DNA of 20,000 nucleotides. It comes from an uncultured virus (IMG/VR IMGVR_UViG_3300025902_000021) (taxonomy: Duplodnaviria; Heunggongvirae; Uroviricota; Caudoviricetes). The stretch lies in IMG/VR virus record IMGVR_UViG_3300025902_000021; one strand, written 5' to 3'. The translations under genes and the position numbers were made by a program. The notes below the pieces were generated by a model, which was not told where the DNA came from, searched no databases, and worked only from the letters and a program-made list of their open reading frames with translations. Positions 1 to 8,604 of the stretch are shown here, one piece after another (the first letter of the stretch is position 1; every line of letters begins with the position of its first letter).

Positions 1-2
1 AA

Positions 3-1202
3 ACAGCCACGCTCATCAAGGCGTTGAAGCAGGCTGAAGGTATGCGTGACGCTCGTATGACACCGCAAGCGACTATTGTGGGTGGTCGTGCAATGTTCGG
101 TGGTGGACCGGGACAAACTCTTGCGTCGGGTGTGGATAACATTTCCGGCATGATCCGTGCGCCGCAGATCGAACAGCAGCAGCGCGACCTGTCGGCGGAA
201 CAGCAACGCCGCTTTGCCGACCTGCAGCAACATTTGGTTGCGCCGGTCCCCGAAACCCGCACGGTGCTCAAGCAGGCACTGCGTCAGGGCGAGGGGCCGC
301 TGCTCCAGCCGAACGTCGACCAGGTCGAGACTCAGGTGCCGCTGACCGAGGAAGAACGGGCGATGGCACAGCACGCGCAGCGCATGTCGGTCGGCTCGAA
401 GATGTTGGGTCTGCCGATGGCGCGCGGCATGGGCGAGAAGCTGATTGCCAAGGGCGTCGACTTCCCCGAGCAGATGCAACAGTTGAAGATGAAGCAAATC
501 GAGGCGGGCAACCTGGCAGCGCAGCGCGCACAGGACAAGGCGCGTTCCGATGCTGACCGTAACCTGCTGCTTATGGCGATTGCCGGTGGCAAGCAGGACA
601 TTGCGCAGGCCGGACTCGATATGAAGCGCGAGGGTGTGGAAGAGAAGCAGGATGCCACGCGCCAGAAGGCAATCGATGCCGAAAGCGGCTATCTCAAGGC
701 AGCCGGTCATCTGGAAGGCATCATCAACGAGTTGCAGGGGACGCCGAACCTGAATGCGGCTACTGGCGCAATCGGCGGACGGTCGCCGTTCTTCTTTAGC
801 CTGACCCCGAACGACAAGTCCACGGCACAGTCGCGCATCAAAAACCTTCAGGAATTCCTGCAAACCAAGGGTCTTGAAGACCTTCGTCGCGCGGGTGTCG
901 CGCCTGGCTCCGTGACCGAACGGGAATGGGCGAAGTTCGCTGCCCGTGCAGGCAACATCGACCCGAACCTGGATGACGCTTCATTCAACAAGGAAGTCGC
1001 CAAGTTGCTCGTTGATGTGAAACAGTCGATGACCGACGCACAATCACGTTTGGAAGCCCTGCCGAAACCCGGTGTCAGGGGACAATCGGGCGGCGTGGCA
1101 CCGACCGGCGCACCGGCTGGCGGGCAAGGGAACATGGTGCATGACCCCGTGAGCAACAAGACCTATGTCAAGGACGCCAACGGAAGGTGGTGGATGCAAT
1201 GA
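3..1202 (+). CDS. Putative internal virion/DNA ejection protein, probably 5'-truncated
   Basis: Q/A/G-rich, helical-looking protein. The frame is open to the window edge upstream of the TTG at 24. It sits directly before a transglycosylase-bearing virion protein and the tail fibre, a typical podovirus order. Confidence 0.6.
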   Translation, partial: TATLIKALKQAEGMRDARMTPQATIVGGRAMFGGGPGQTLASGVDNISGMIRAPQIEQQQRDLSAEQQRRFADLQQHLVAPVPETRTVLKQALRQGEGPLLQPNVDQVETQVPLTEEERAMAQHAQRMSVGSKMLGLPMARGMGEKLIAKGVDFPEQMQQLKMKQIEAGNLAAQRAQDKARSDADRNLLLMAIAGGKQDIAQAGLDMKREGVEEKQDATRQKAIDAESGYLKAAGHLEGIINELQGTPNLNAATGAIGGRSPFFFSLTPNDKSTAQSRIKNLQEFLQTKGLEDLRRAGVAPGSVTEREWAKFAARAGNIDPNLDDASFNKEVAKLLVDVKQSMTDAQSRLEALPKPGVRGQSGGVAPTGAPAGGQGNMVHDPVSNKTYVKDANGRWWMQ

Positions 1203-3436
1203 GAGAAGTCACCGATCCTGGACTGATTGCCCGTCTTGAATCGGGCGAACTGCCGCAACATCCGATGGCGGCATACGGTCCCGCTGTCCGTCACGTCGAG
1301 AGCCGTGGCAACCCGAATGCTGTCTCCCCTGCCGGTGCTATCGGCGCGGACCAGTTCATGCCTGCAACAGCCGCTGCGATGGGGCTGGCCGACCCGCGCG
1401 ACCCCGTAATGTCGGCTGTCGCCCGTGACCTGCTGCTCGCCGAGAACTATGGTCGGTTCAAAGACCCCACCAAGGCACTACAGGCATACAACGCCGGTCC
1501 GGGTGCTGTCTCCAGTGGTCGCCCGTTGCCGAAGGAAACACAGGACTATGTGCCGAAAGTGATGGCGGCAATGGGACAACAGTCGAACCGGACGGAAGTC
1601 ACCGACCCTGAAGTGATTGCCCGCCTGGAAGCGATGGGCGCACCAAAGCCGAAGGAACAGCCGAAACAGTCGCTCCCGCAAGCGAAGGCGGCAGCCACCG
1701 GCAAGTCGCTTTCCCGTCAGGCAGCGGAAGCCACGTTGAAAGACATGGGGCTGTTTGAAACGGGTGTTGTCGGCTTCGGCAAGGCAATCGCCGACCTTGG
1801 TCGCACCTTCGGTGTGTTGCCGGAAGGTGACAAGGATGCCGATGCCGCCCTGCTCGACACAGGCGCGGGTATGACCGGCAACATCCTTGGTGAAATCGGG
1901 ATAACAGCCGTCCCCGGAACAGCCGCGTTCAAGGCTGCCACCACCGCTGCGCGTCTGAACAAAGCCGTGAAGCTGGCACCCCGCATCACCAAGAACGTGG
2001 TCGGCGGCGCGGCTGCCGGTGCCACGTCCGAAGCGATGATGAACCGCGACCCTGTGACCGGCGCGACCTACGGGGCAGCCCTCGGTCCCGTGTTCATGGC
2101 AGCGGGCAAGGCGGGCAACGAACTGGTAAAGGAAGTCCAGCGCATCAGGGGCGGCGCAACAGGTCGTGCCGCCGAAGACATGCAGAAGGTGTTCGGCAAC
2201 CGCACGCAGGCCGCCATCGACGCGCTTCGCAATACGCGCCCGATTGTTCCTGGTGAGCAGGTCACTGCCGGACAGGCAGCGTCGTCGGCCCTGCCTGAAC
2301 TGTCGGTACTGGAAGCCGGTGCGCGCAGCCGTCCCGACGCTCACCTCTTCACCAACGCCGACGAGGCAACAGCCAGAGCACGGACCGCTGTCCTCGACGC
2401 CATCGAAACGCCTGCTGGTGTCCGTGGCACCGACCCGAACACCGGACGCGCCTTGCCCTCCGGCTTCGAGAATGCCCGCGCCCAGACGACTGGTCCCTAC
2501 TACGACAGTGCAATGCCGGACCTGGTGACGATTCCGCGCGACTTGCAGAACGCCTTCCAGGGGTCGGGAACAGTCGGAACAGTCGTCAATAACGCGAACC
2601 GCGATTTCATCGAAGCTGTCCGGCTGGCGCGCGCCGAAGGTCGTCCGCCCCCTCCGGGTGGCCGGGCAATGCCTGGTGCGCCTTACCATCAGATGTCTGT
2701 CGATCAGCTTCAGCGGGTGTTGCGCGAGTTGGACTCGATTCCGTTCGCGCAGCGGGACTACAACGTGACCAATGCCCGTCGTCAGATTTCACAGTTGATG
2801 CGGCGCGAGTCGCCGGACTACGCCACAGGCACCGACCTGTTCCGTGAAATGTCGATGCCGCAGAACCGTGCTGACGTTGCCGCCGTGCTGCGCAACACGA
2901 TGAACGCGCCGTCCAACGAACTCAACCAGCGTGCCGGTCTGTTCAGCGCGGCATTGCGCAACGCGCCGACGACCATCAAGAAGACCGGCATCTCGCAGCC
3001 GTTCCAGAAAATTGAGGAGGTGTTCGCACCGACCATGATGGAGCCGACTGTCGGACCGCAACAGTTGCAGAGCATCCGCAACCTGGAACAGTCGCTGCAG
3101 CGCGAGTCCCGTGTCGCCGGATTGCCGAAGGAGAAAGGGGTCATTCCCCAGTATCTCAGTGCCTTCGACCTCGCCGCCCAGAACACGCCGAACTTCATGG
3201 TTCGTTGGGCCACGGCAGCCAAGAGCATTGCGAAGACAGCCGGAAAGCGCACCGATGAGGATGTGCAGAAGGTCATCGACCGCGCGATGGCTGACCCGCA
3301 GGCGATGGCGAACCTGCTCGACCAGTTGCCGCCCACGGAACGGAACGCTTTCATCAATGCATTGAGGCAACAGTCAGGTGAAATTACTGGCAGAATAACC
3401 GCACCGGCAACCGGAATTCTTGAGAAAACGGAGTAA
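1199..3436 (+). CDS. Internal virion protein with N-terminal soluble lytic transglycosylase (SLT) domain
   Basis: SLT motifs VESRGNPNAVSPAGAIGADQFMPATA and AYNAGPG...ETQDYV, followed by a long Ala/Gly-rich region. The ATG at 1199 overlaps the upstream stop (ATGA). Confidence 0.85.
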   Translation: MREVTDPGLIARLESGELPQHPMAAYGPAVRHVESRGNPNAVSPAGAIGADQFMPATAAAMGLADPRDPVMSAVARDLLLAENYGRFKDPTKALQAYNAGPGAVSSGRPLPKETQDYVPKVMAAMGQQSNRTEVTDPEVIARLEAMGAPKPKEQPKQSLPQAKAAATGKSLSRQAAEATLKDMGLFETGVVGFGKAIADLGRTFGVLPEGDKDADAALLDTGAGMTGNILGEIGITAVPGTAAFKAATTAARLNKAVKLAPRITKNVVGGAAAGATSEAMMNRDPVTGATYGAALGPVFMAAGKAGNELVKEVQRIRGGATGRAAEDMQKVFGNRTQAAIDALRNTRPIVPGEQVTAGQAASSALPELSVLEAGARSRPDAHLFTNADEATARARTAVLDAIETPAGVRGTDPNTGRALPSGFENARAQTTGPYYDSAMPDLVTIPRDLQNAFQGSGTVGTVVNNANRDFIEAVRLARAEGRPPPPGGRAMPGAPYHQMSVDQLQRVLRELDSIPFAQRDYNVTNARRQISQLMRRESPDYATGTDLFREMSMPQNRADVAAVLRNTMNAPSNELNQRAGLFSAALRNAPTTIKKTGISQPFQKIEEVFAPTMMEPTVGPQQLQSIRNLEQSLQRESRVAGLPKEKGVIPQYLSAFDLAAQNTPNFMVRWATAAKSIAKTAGKRTDEDVQKVIDRAMADPQAMANLLDQLPPTERNAFINALRQQSGEITGRITAPATGILEKTE

Positions 3437-3439
3437 GCA

Positions 3440-5398
3440 ATGCCACGTAACGCACAAGGACTCTACACCCTTCCGGCAGGGAACCCTGTCACCCCAGGCA
3501 CCATCATCGAATCGGTCTGGGCGAACGACACGATGAGCGACCTTGCGGATGCGATGACCGGCTCGCTCCCCCGCAACGGTTCCGCGCCCATGACCGGCCC
3601 GCTGACCCTGAACGGTGCTGCGCCGACCAACGCCCGCCACGCTGTCGATAAATCCTACGTGGACAAGTTCATGGCATACTCGTCGGGGATGCCTGTCGGG
3701 TCGGTCAGTGCCTTCGGTGGAACAGTCGCTCCTGCGGGATGGTTGAAGTGTGATGGGCAGGCAGTCAGCCGTGCGCTTTATCCCGATCTCTTCACCCTGA
3801 TCGGCACGACCTACGGCTCCGGCGACGGCAGTACGACCTTCAACGTGCCTGACCTCCGCGACGAGTTCATCCGTGGTCGTGCCGACTCTCGGGCGATCGG
3901 TAGCAAGCAAGCAGGCTCGTTTGCTACCCACACCCATCCGGTAAATGATCCGGGTCACACGCACACCCAGTCTGCCCACAGTCACACGATTACCACCGGA
4001 AGCCACGGGCACACCGTCAATGACCCTGGTCACACGCATTCTCAAAACGTATCCGGAAATACCGGCGAGGGGTTCGCCTGGGGGATCGGTAATCTCGCAA
4101 ACGGGAACACCGGGTCTTCCGGTACAGGAATCAGCATCAATGGCGCAGGAAATCTCGGTGGCAGCGCAGACAGCCAACAGCCGGCAATCGCTTCGGCTGT
4201 TACCGGAGAAACGATCGGTGCGACAGGTGGCGCGGAAACTGTTCCACAGAACATGGCATTGGACTACTATATCAAGGCAGTCCATGACTCGGGAGGTATT
4301 GCGCCCGTCACCGGCATCGACACGTCCGACACCAACATGATTGCGATCGACAACACCAACCCGGTCGTGCCGTTGCTGGACATCAAGAGTAATGTTGCCT
4401 TCGGTGTGGTGAAACTGGACAGTTCTGGTCAGATTCCCGTCAATCTGATGCCGACCACAGGTGTCACGTATCAGGGGCAGTTTGACGCTTCCAGCGGGAA
4501 CCTGCCGGTAGGTCCGTTCGTCACGGGCGACTTCTACAACATCGCTGTCGGCGGCACCCTCTCGCTTCGCACGTCGGCTGGCGGGCCTGTCCCTACCATT
4601 GTGGTAGCTGGCGACCAGATCATCTACGACGAAACGATTTCTGGTTGGTGGTACAACGCGGCCTCTGCTGTGGCGTCGATGCCTGCCGCCGCCGTCACGT
4701 TTGTGCCGCACGGCACCATCGCTGCAACCAACGCCCAAGCGGCAATCGAGGAACTGGACAGTGAGACTCAAACGGCTTTGTCGGGGAAAGCGCCGACCAG
4801 TGCTGGAACTGCAGTCGGCACATCGTTCAACCCAACTGGGACTATCTCGTCAACAGATGTACAGTTTGCGATTGCAGAACTGGACAGTGAAACGCAAACT
4901 GCGTTGTCCGGCAAAGCGCCGACCAGTGCCGGAACTGCTACAGGGACCAGTTTCACCCCGACAGGTGGGATTGCTGCGTCCGATGTGCAAGCGGCGATTG
5001 CAGAGGTCGATACAGAGAAAGCTCCCAAAGCATCCCCTACGTTCACTGGAAATGCTGCGGTATTTTCCGCCGGTATTTTCGGATTTTCCTATGGCTCTGG
5101 TTCATCCGGTTGGTATATTAAGTTCCCATCATGGTTGGGTGGATACTGCGTCCAAGGTGGTGAAGTTGTTTTGACCAGCAATGCAAGCGGAGATAGCAAT
5201 TTTAGTCTTCCGACCGCAATGTCAGCCTCCTCATTTTCCATCGTGTTGACAAATGGGGATGCCGCGCAAGGATCGGACATTTTGCTGTCTATAATCAGTA
5301 AAACAACGACTGTTATCAATGTGCGTTCTCGCCAGAATGGTGTGGCGTATGTTGGCGCTTTCCGCTGCAACTATTTCGTTTTCGGACCCGCAGCATGA
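3440..5398 (+). CDS. Tail fibre protein with phage tail-collar domain
   Basis: Collar motif PVGSVSAFGGTVAPAGWLKCDGQAVSRALYPDLF...FNVPDLRDEFIRG, HxH repeats (HTHPVNDPGHTH), ETVPQNMALDYYIK, internal 42-aa repeats and a beta-rich C-terminus. Confidence 0.9.
   Translation: MPRNAQGLYTLPAGNPVTPGTIIESVWANDTMSDLADAMTGSLPRNGSAPMTGPLTLNGAAPTNARHAVDKSYVDKFMAYSSGMPVGSVSAFGGTVAPAGWLKCDGQAVSRALYPDLFTLIGTTYGSGDGSTTFNVPDLRDEFIRGRADSRAIGSKQAGSFATHTHPVNDPGHTHTQSAHSHTITTGSHGHTVNDPGHTHSQNVSGNTGEGFAWGIGNLANGNTGSSGTGISINGAGNLGGSADSQQPAIASAVTGETIGATGGAETVPQNMALDYYIKAVHDSGGIAPVTGIDTSDTNMIAIDNTNPVVPLLDIKSNVAFGVVKLDSSGQIPVNLMPTTGVTYQGQFDASSGNLPVGPFVTGDFYNIAVGGTLSLRTSAGGPVPTIVVAGDQIIYDETISGWWYNAASAVASMPAAAVTFVPHGTIAATNAQAAIEELDSETQTALSGKAPTSAGTAVGTSFNPTGTISSTDVQFAIAELDSETQTALSGKAPTSAGTATGTSFTPTGGIAASDVQAAIAEVDTEKAPKASPTFTGNAAVFSAGIFGFSYGSGSSGWYIKFPSWLGGYCVQGGEVVLTSNASGDSNFSLPTAMSASSFSIVLTNGDAAQGSDILLSIISKTTTVINVRSRQNGVAYVGAFRCNYFVFGPAA
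4700..5030 (+). repeat. About 2.5 tandem 126-bp (42-aa) repeats inside the tail fibre
   Basis: ELDSETQTALSGKAPTSAGTA occurs twice (gaactggacagtga at 4751 and 4877), with a third partial copy (VQAAIAEVDTEKAP). Confidence 0.85.
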
Positions 5399-5580
5399 TC
5401 CGCTACCTACTTCCACTCATCCTCGCCGGCTGCTCCACTCCCAGTGCAAGTCAGTGGTGTATCGGTTCATGTGTTTTAACCCACCCTCTAAAGGAGAATC
5501 AAGATGAAGTTCCTCGTCCTGATCGCAGCGCTGATCGCCCTGCCAGCAATGGCGCAGACCAAACCCGCAACCCATCCTGA
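5395..5580 (+). CDS. Putative small lipoprotein
   Basis: ATGA overlap with the tail fibre stop. MIRYLLPLILAGC has an LAGC lipobox but a short signal peptide. Its 3' end overlaps the next gene by 77 nt. Confidence 0.45.
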   Translation: MIRYLLPLILAGCSTPSASQWCIGSCVLTHPLKENQDEVPRPDRSADRPASNGADQTRNPS

Positions 5581-5773
5581 AGCAGCCAACACTGTCTCTG
5601 CTCTTGCCCTCGGATGGTTCGTCCTCCCCGCAGCAATCCTCACCGGCAAGCGTGAAGGCCTGTGCAAGCTGATGGGCGGCAAGTTCGACCTCTCTGCTCC
5701 TGACCAGTGTGCTGGCGGTCAGTGGCTCAACGTAGCACTCTTCCTCAAATCCAATCAGGAGCAACCCAAGTGA
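5504..5773 (+). CDS. Hypothetical exported/membrane protein
   Basis: AAGGAG RBS, signal peptide MKFLVLIAALIALPAMA, a second hydrophobic segment and two Cys. Confidence 0.7.
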   Translation: MKFLVLIAALIALPAMAQTKPATHPEAANTVSALALGWFVLPAAILTGKREGLCKLMGGKFDLSAPDQCAGGQWLNVALFLKSNQEQPK

Positions 5774-6285
5774 AAGTCCTCTTCCTCATCCTCGCCCTGT
5801 TCGCCAGCAACGCCTTCGCCCTCGGGTGGGGTAACGACAATCCATCGGGCGGCAACGCCAGCGCCAACGCGTTCCAGGCGACCAGTGTCGATGTGTCCAA
5901 CCGGATCAGCAACGACACCCGCGCTGCGGCTACCTCGTTCGCTGCCGGTGGCATCGGCGTGAGTCAAGGCGGCGCTGCATCTTCTGGAGGATCCACCAGC
6001 AATGTCGACTTTAACATCACGTCCCCCAAGAACACGCCGTCAGTCTTCACCGGCAACGTCTACCCTACCGCCCCATGCATGGGTTCTTCCACCGTGGGGG
6101 GTGCAGGCGTTGGCTTTGGCCTATCGGTCGGCACATCGTGGACTGACGACGAGTGCGGCATCCGCGAAACCAGCCGCAGCTTCTCCGGCCTCGGCAAAGC
6201 CGACGACGCCCTGAAGGTGCTCTGCACCAGCAAGTACGCCGCTGCCGCGCCGAGTTGCGTTCAGGCAGCAACCACCAAGGAGTAA
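5770..6285 (+). CDS. Hypothetical exported Gly/Ser-rich protein with four Cys
   Basis: The GTG at 5770 overlaps the upstream stop (GTGA) and gives signal peptide MKVLFLILALFASNAFA. C-terminal CMGS...DDECGIRE...LC...C. Confidence 0.7.
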   Translation: MKVLFLILALFASNAFALGWGNDNPSGGNASANAFQATSVDVSNRISNDTRAAATSFAAGGIGVSQGGAASSGGSTSNVDFNITSPKNTPSVFTGNVYPTAPCMGSSTVGGAGVGFGLSVGTSWTDDECGIRETSRSFSGLGKADDALKVLCTSKYAAAAPSCVQAATTKE

Positions 6286-6288
6286 ACC

Positions 6289-6495
6289 ATGGACCAGAAC
6301 GACCCGCGCTTCATCGAATTCCTGCTGCAAGCTCTGCGGCAGGGGACGATGCAACCCGACCCGCCGATGCGTCGGCAGGATGGGACCGGCCCGAATGGTC
6401 AGACTATGCTACCCCAAGGCGGGATGTTGGGAGGTGCGGGGGCCGCGCTGCAGGGGCGTCAGGCACAACTGGACGCGCTTCTGAATCAACAGTAG
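6289..6495 (+). CDS. Hypothetical protein
   Basis: Strong AAGGAG RBS, 3 nt after the upstream stop; 68 aa. Confidence 0.6.
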   Translation: MDQNDPRFIEFLLQALRQGTMQPDPPMRRQDGTGPNGQTMLPQGGMLGGAGAALQGRQAQLDALLNQQ

Positions 6496-6595
6496 CCGGG
6501 AGGGGACAGACGCGGGCAATCCCGTCGTCCCACCCCTGTCCGTAGCTGGCGAACATGGCGACGAGCACCAGCGCGGATAGGGCGAAGACGTTCAT
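6404..6595 (-). CDS. Putative small membrane/exported protein
   Basis: The ATG at 6595 overlaps the stop of 6592..7056 (ATGA). Hydrophobic N-terminus MNVFALSALVLVAMFASY. It overlaps 6289..6495 convergently. Confidence 0.45.
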   Translation of the reverse strand: MNVFALSALVLVAMFASYGQGWDDGIARVCPLPATVDSEARPVVPDAPAARPPHLPTSRLGVA

Positions 6596-7056
6596 TTCGG
6601 CTCCCATGCGCGGTAGAGTGGTGTTGTCAAGAAGTTCCATACTTTTGACTTGGAAACAATAAGTTCTCCGACGCCACTTGTTCCGCACCACCCGACAGGC
6701 TCCGCATGGCACAGGATCACGTCCTTCAGGTCATCGGTGGCGGCGAGTGCCGTCTCTTTGAGAATCCACGCATCGTCGTTATCTGTACCTTGCTCGGCAA
6801 GTGCTTCCCGTAGCATCACAACTTGCTTCTTGCTGTCGGCAAGTTGTTCTGATAATTCATCCGCCGTGTCCCAACCATTAGAGCAGTGATCATTTAGCCA
6901 GTCTATGTGAGATGTTTTATCGGCAACGCTGGCCAGTGCTCCGGAGAGTTGCTGGCGCAGGGATTCGATTAGTATCCCGGCAGAGGCAAGGTCTGAATCA
7001 TATCCATCAAACGAAGCATTTGGCCCGTAGTGGTTCTGGCTATGATCGCGGCTCAT
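6592..7056 (-). CDS. Hypothetical protein with coiled-coil segments
   Basis: 154-aa ORF coupled to both neighbours by overlapping start/stop codons. Confidence 0.7.
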   Translation of the reverse strand: MSRDHSQNHYGPNASFDGYDSDLASAGILIESLRQQLSGALASVADKTSHIDWLNDHCSNGWDTADELSEQLADSKKQVVMLREALAEQGTDNDDAWILKETALAATDDLKDVILCHAEPVGWCGTSGVGELIVSKSKVWNFLTTPLYRAWEPK

Positions 7057-7553
7057 TCTACTTTCTCCTTTAACTCTGTAGATAACATCCTCCGTGCGTC
7101 CTCCGCATGTCGCTCAAAATCCGAATGTCGTGTCGAGTACAGGGCGTCTTTCTTTTTTGCAAATGCCTCGTGAATCGAACCACACACCTCCCACGCAATC
7201 GCTGCCTCTTTCCACCCAGATTGCTCGCTCTCACGCAACTTCATTAAATCCTCAGCGCAGCATTTGTGCTCTTCTGTTTTAATGCGTAGCGCAATTTCCA
7301 ACCTCATAATTTCAACGGCGAGTTTCTGGCGCAGGGATTCGACCGGTTCGTCACACGCCTCCAACCCCGTTACTAGGTCGTCGTTCCGCTTTCGCAGGGT
7401 TTCGACGAGATCGGCGCGGATGTAAGCCACGTCGTTCTCGTTGATCTGATCCTTGCACCAAGTGCAGTCGTCTTCCAAGTCGTACTGCTCGGGGTCACAG
7501 CTTTCCCCGTCAGGATCGACTTGGAGATAAATTTTCTCATGTGCCTTGTGCAT
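7053..7553 (-). CDS. Hypothetical protein (Ead/Ea22-style modular accessory protein)
   Basis: Start reassigned to ATG 7553 (MHKAHEKIYLQ), overlapping the upstream stop (TGATG). Contains TWCKDQINENDVAYIRADL and coiled coils. Confidence 0.65.
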   Translation of the reverse strand: MHKAHEKIYLQVDPDGESCDPEQYDLEDDCTWCKDQINENDVAYIRADLVETLRKRNDDLVTGLEACDEPVESLRQKLAVEIMRLEIALRIKTEEHKCCAEDLMKLRESEQSGWKEAAIAWEVCGSIHEAFAKKKDALYSTRHSDFERHAEDARRMLSTELKEKVE

Positions 7554-7831
7554 CACAGCACCCCCGTCCACCAAGCAACAAGAGCCGCGCCGATCACGAA
7601 CCACACCGCAGCTTCCTTCTTGCTCATCTTCGGGTAGCTGTTCTCCGGCACCGACAGCGGAATGCGCGGGTTCGGATCGCGATCCACCGTGCGGCTGAAG
7701 GGGATCACCGTGCCGACCTTCTGGTGGATTTGCGGGGTCAGGCGCGACGGCATGTTGCCCCAGTCGCGTTCGATCTTGGCTTTCCGCCATTCACCATAGG
7801 CTTGATCTTCGTCTTTCATTTCACTCTCCAT
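7553..7831 (-). CDS. Hypothetical protein with C-terminal transmembrane helix
   Basis: C-terminal AAVWFVIGAALVAWWTGVL; part of the coupled operon. Confidence 0.65.
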   Translation of the reverse strand: MESEMKDEDQAYGEWRKAKIERDWGNMPSRLTPQIHQKVGTVIPFSRTVDRDPNPRIPLSVPENSYPKMSKKEAAVWFVIGAALVAWWTGVL

Positions 7832-8141
7832 CGACGCTTACGCGCCATTCCCAACCTGTGTGATGGTTGTAGGGTTTGCCGCCGAGTGGGCGACGTTCAA
7901 GGATGCCAAGTTGCAGGTAGCGCACCAACTGTTTGAAAATCGACATGCGGTGCATCCCGAGCCGGTCGGCAATCTCGACGGTCTTGCGCCACTCGCTGCC
8001 GATGGCGTTGCAGTATTTGGCGACCGCTTTCGAGTGGCGCGCCTCATGCATCGGGGTCGGGTCGCGCCACTGACTGTTCTTCTCGCGCGGGTGCACCGGC
8101 AACGGCTTCACGTCCATCGCAAGCATTGCTGCGAAGTTCAT
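7821..8141 (-). CDS. Putative winged-helix DNA-binding protein
   Basis: KTVEIADRLGMHRMSIFKQLVRYLQLGILER resembles a winged HTH. Confidence 0.6.
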   Translation of the reverse strand: MNFAAMLAMDVKPLPVHPREKNSQWRDPTPMHEARHSKAVAKYCNAIGSEWRKTVEIADRLGMHRMSIFKQLVRYLQLGILERRPLGGKPYNHHTGWEWRVSVDGE

Positions 8142-8437
8142 CAGTGCACCCTTGCCTTATCGACTGTTTCGGCGGGAGCCTCTTCCTTCTCCGTCCGCTT
8201 CGTCATCGCTTGCAGGGCGATCATCGCGGCCATTTCGGCCATTTCGGCGACCAACATAACCGGATCGTCGGGGAGGGAATCACCCTTCAGGTCGCCATGC
8301 TTCATGCGGATCATGTTCGCCGCCAGCGAGATCATCGTGCTGATCGCGATTTCCTGCGGCATCGCGATCAGCATTTCGGCTGCGTCTTTACTGATTCCAA
8401 TCTTTCCTACTTCTCTGGTAATCATTTCGGCCTCCAA
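8141..8437 (-). CDS. Hypothetical protein
   Basis: 98-aa helical ORF overlapping both neighbours. Confidence 0.6.
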   Translation of the reverse strand: MEAEMITREVGKIGISKDAAEMLIAMPQEIAISTMISLAANMIRMKHGDLKGDSLPDDPVMLVAEMAEMAAMIALQAMTKRTEKEEAPAETVDKARVH

Positions 8438-8604
8438 CCATATTTGACCTCAAGCAGCATCAGTACCGGCTTCGGCATGGCGCGGCCATTCTCGTAGCGG
8501 CTGCCACCCGACTGCGTGGTGCCGAGGGACGACCAGAACTCGGTCTGGTTCAGCTTGAGCGACTTGCGAAACTCCAGGACTGTTTTCGGCTTGCTCATTT
8601 TCAT
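8422..8604 (-). CDS. XRE/Cro-type HTH regulator, RsaL-like
   Basis: RKSLKLNQTEFWSSLGTTQSGGSRYENGRAMPKPVLMLL matches the recalled RsaL-type pattern Q..FWS..G..QS.GSR.E.G...P.P...LL. Confidence 0.8.
   Translation of the reverse strand: MKMSKPKTVLEFRKSLKLNQTEFWSSLGTTQSGGSRYENGRAMPKPVLMLLEVKYGWRPK

Noticed and set aside
1478..4771. Long minus-strand ORFs 1478..2689, 2789..3370 and 3374..4771
   Set aside because: Antisense shadows of well-supported virion genes in GC-rich DNA, with no motifs.
3440..5398. Diversity-generating retroelement or invertible tail-fibre switch
   Set aside because: No reverse transcriptase, template repeat, invertase or inverted second tip in the window.
6500..6540. Intrinsic terminator between the convergent operons
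   Set aside because: The hairpin is imperfect, lacks a U-tract on either strand and lies within a plausible CDS.
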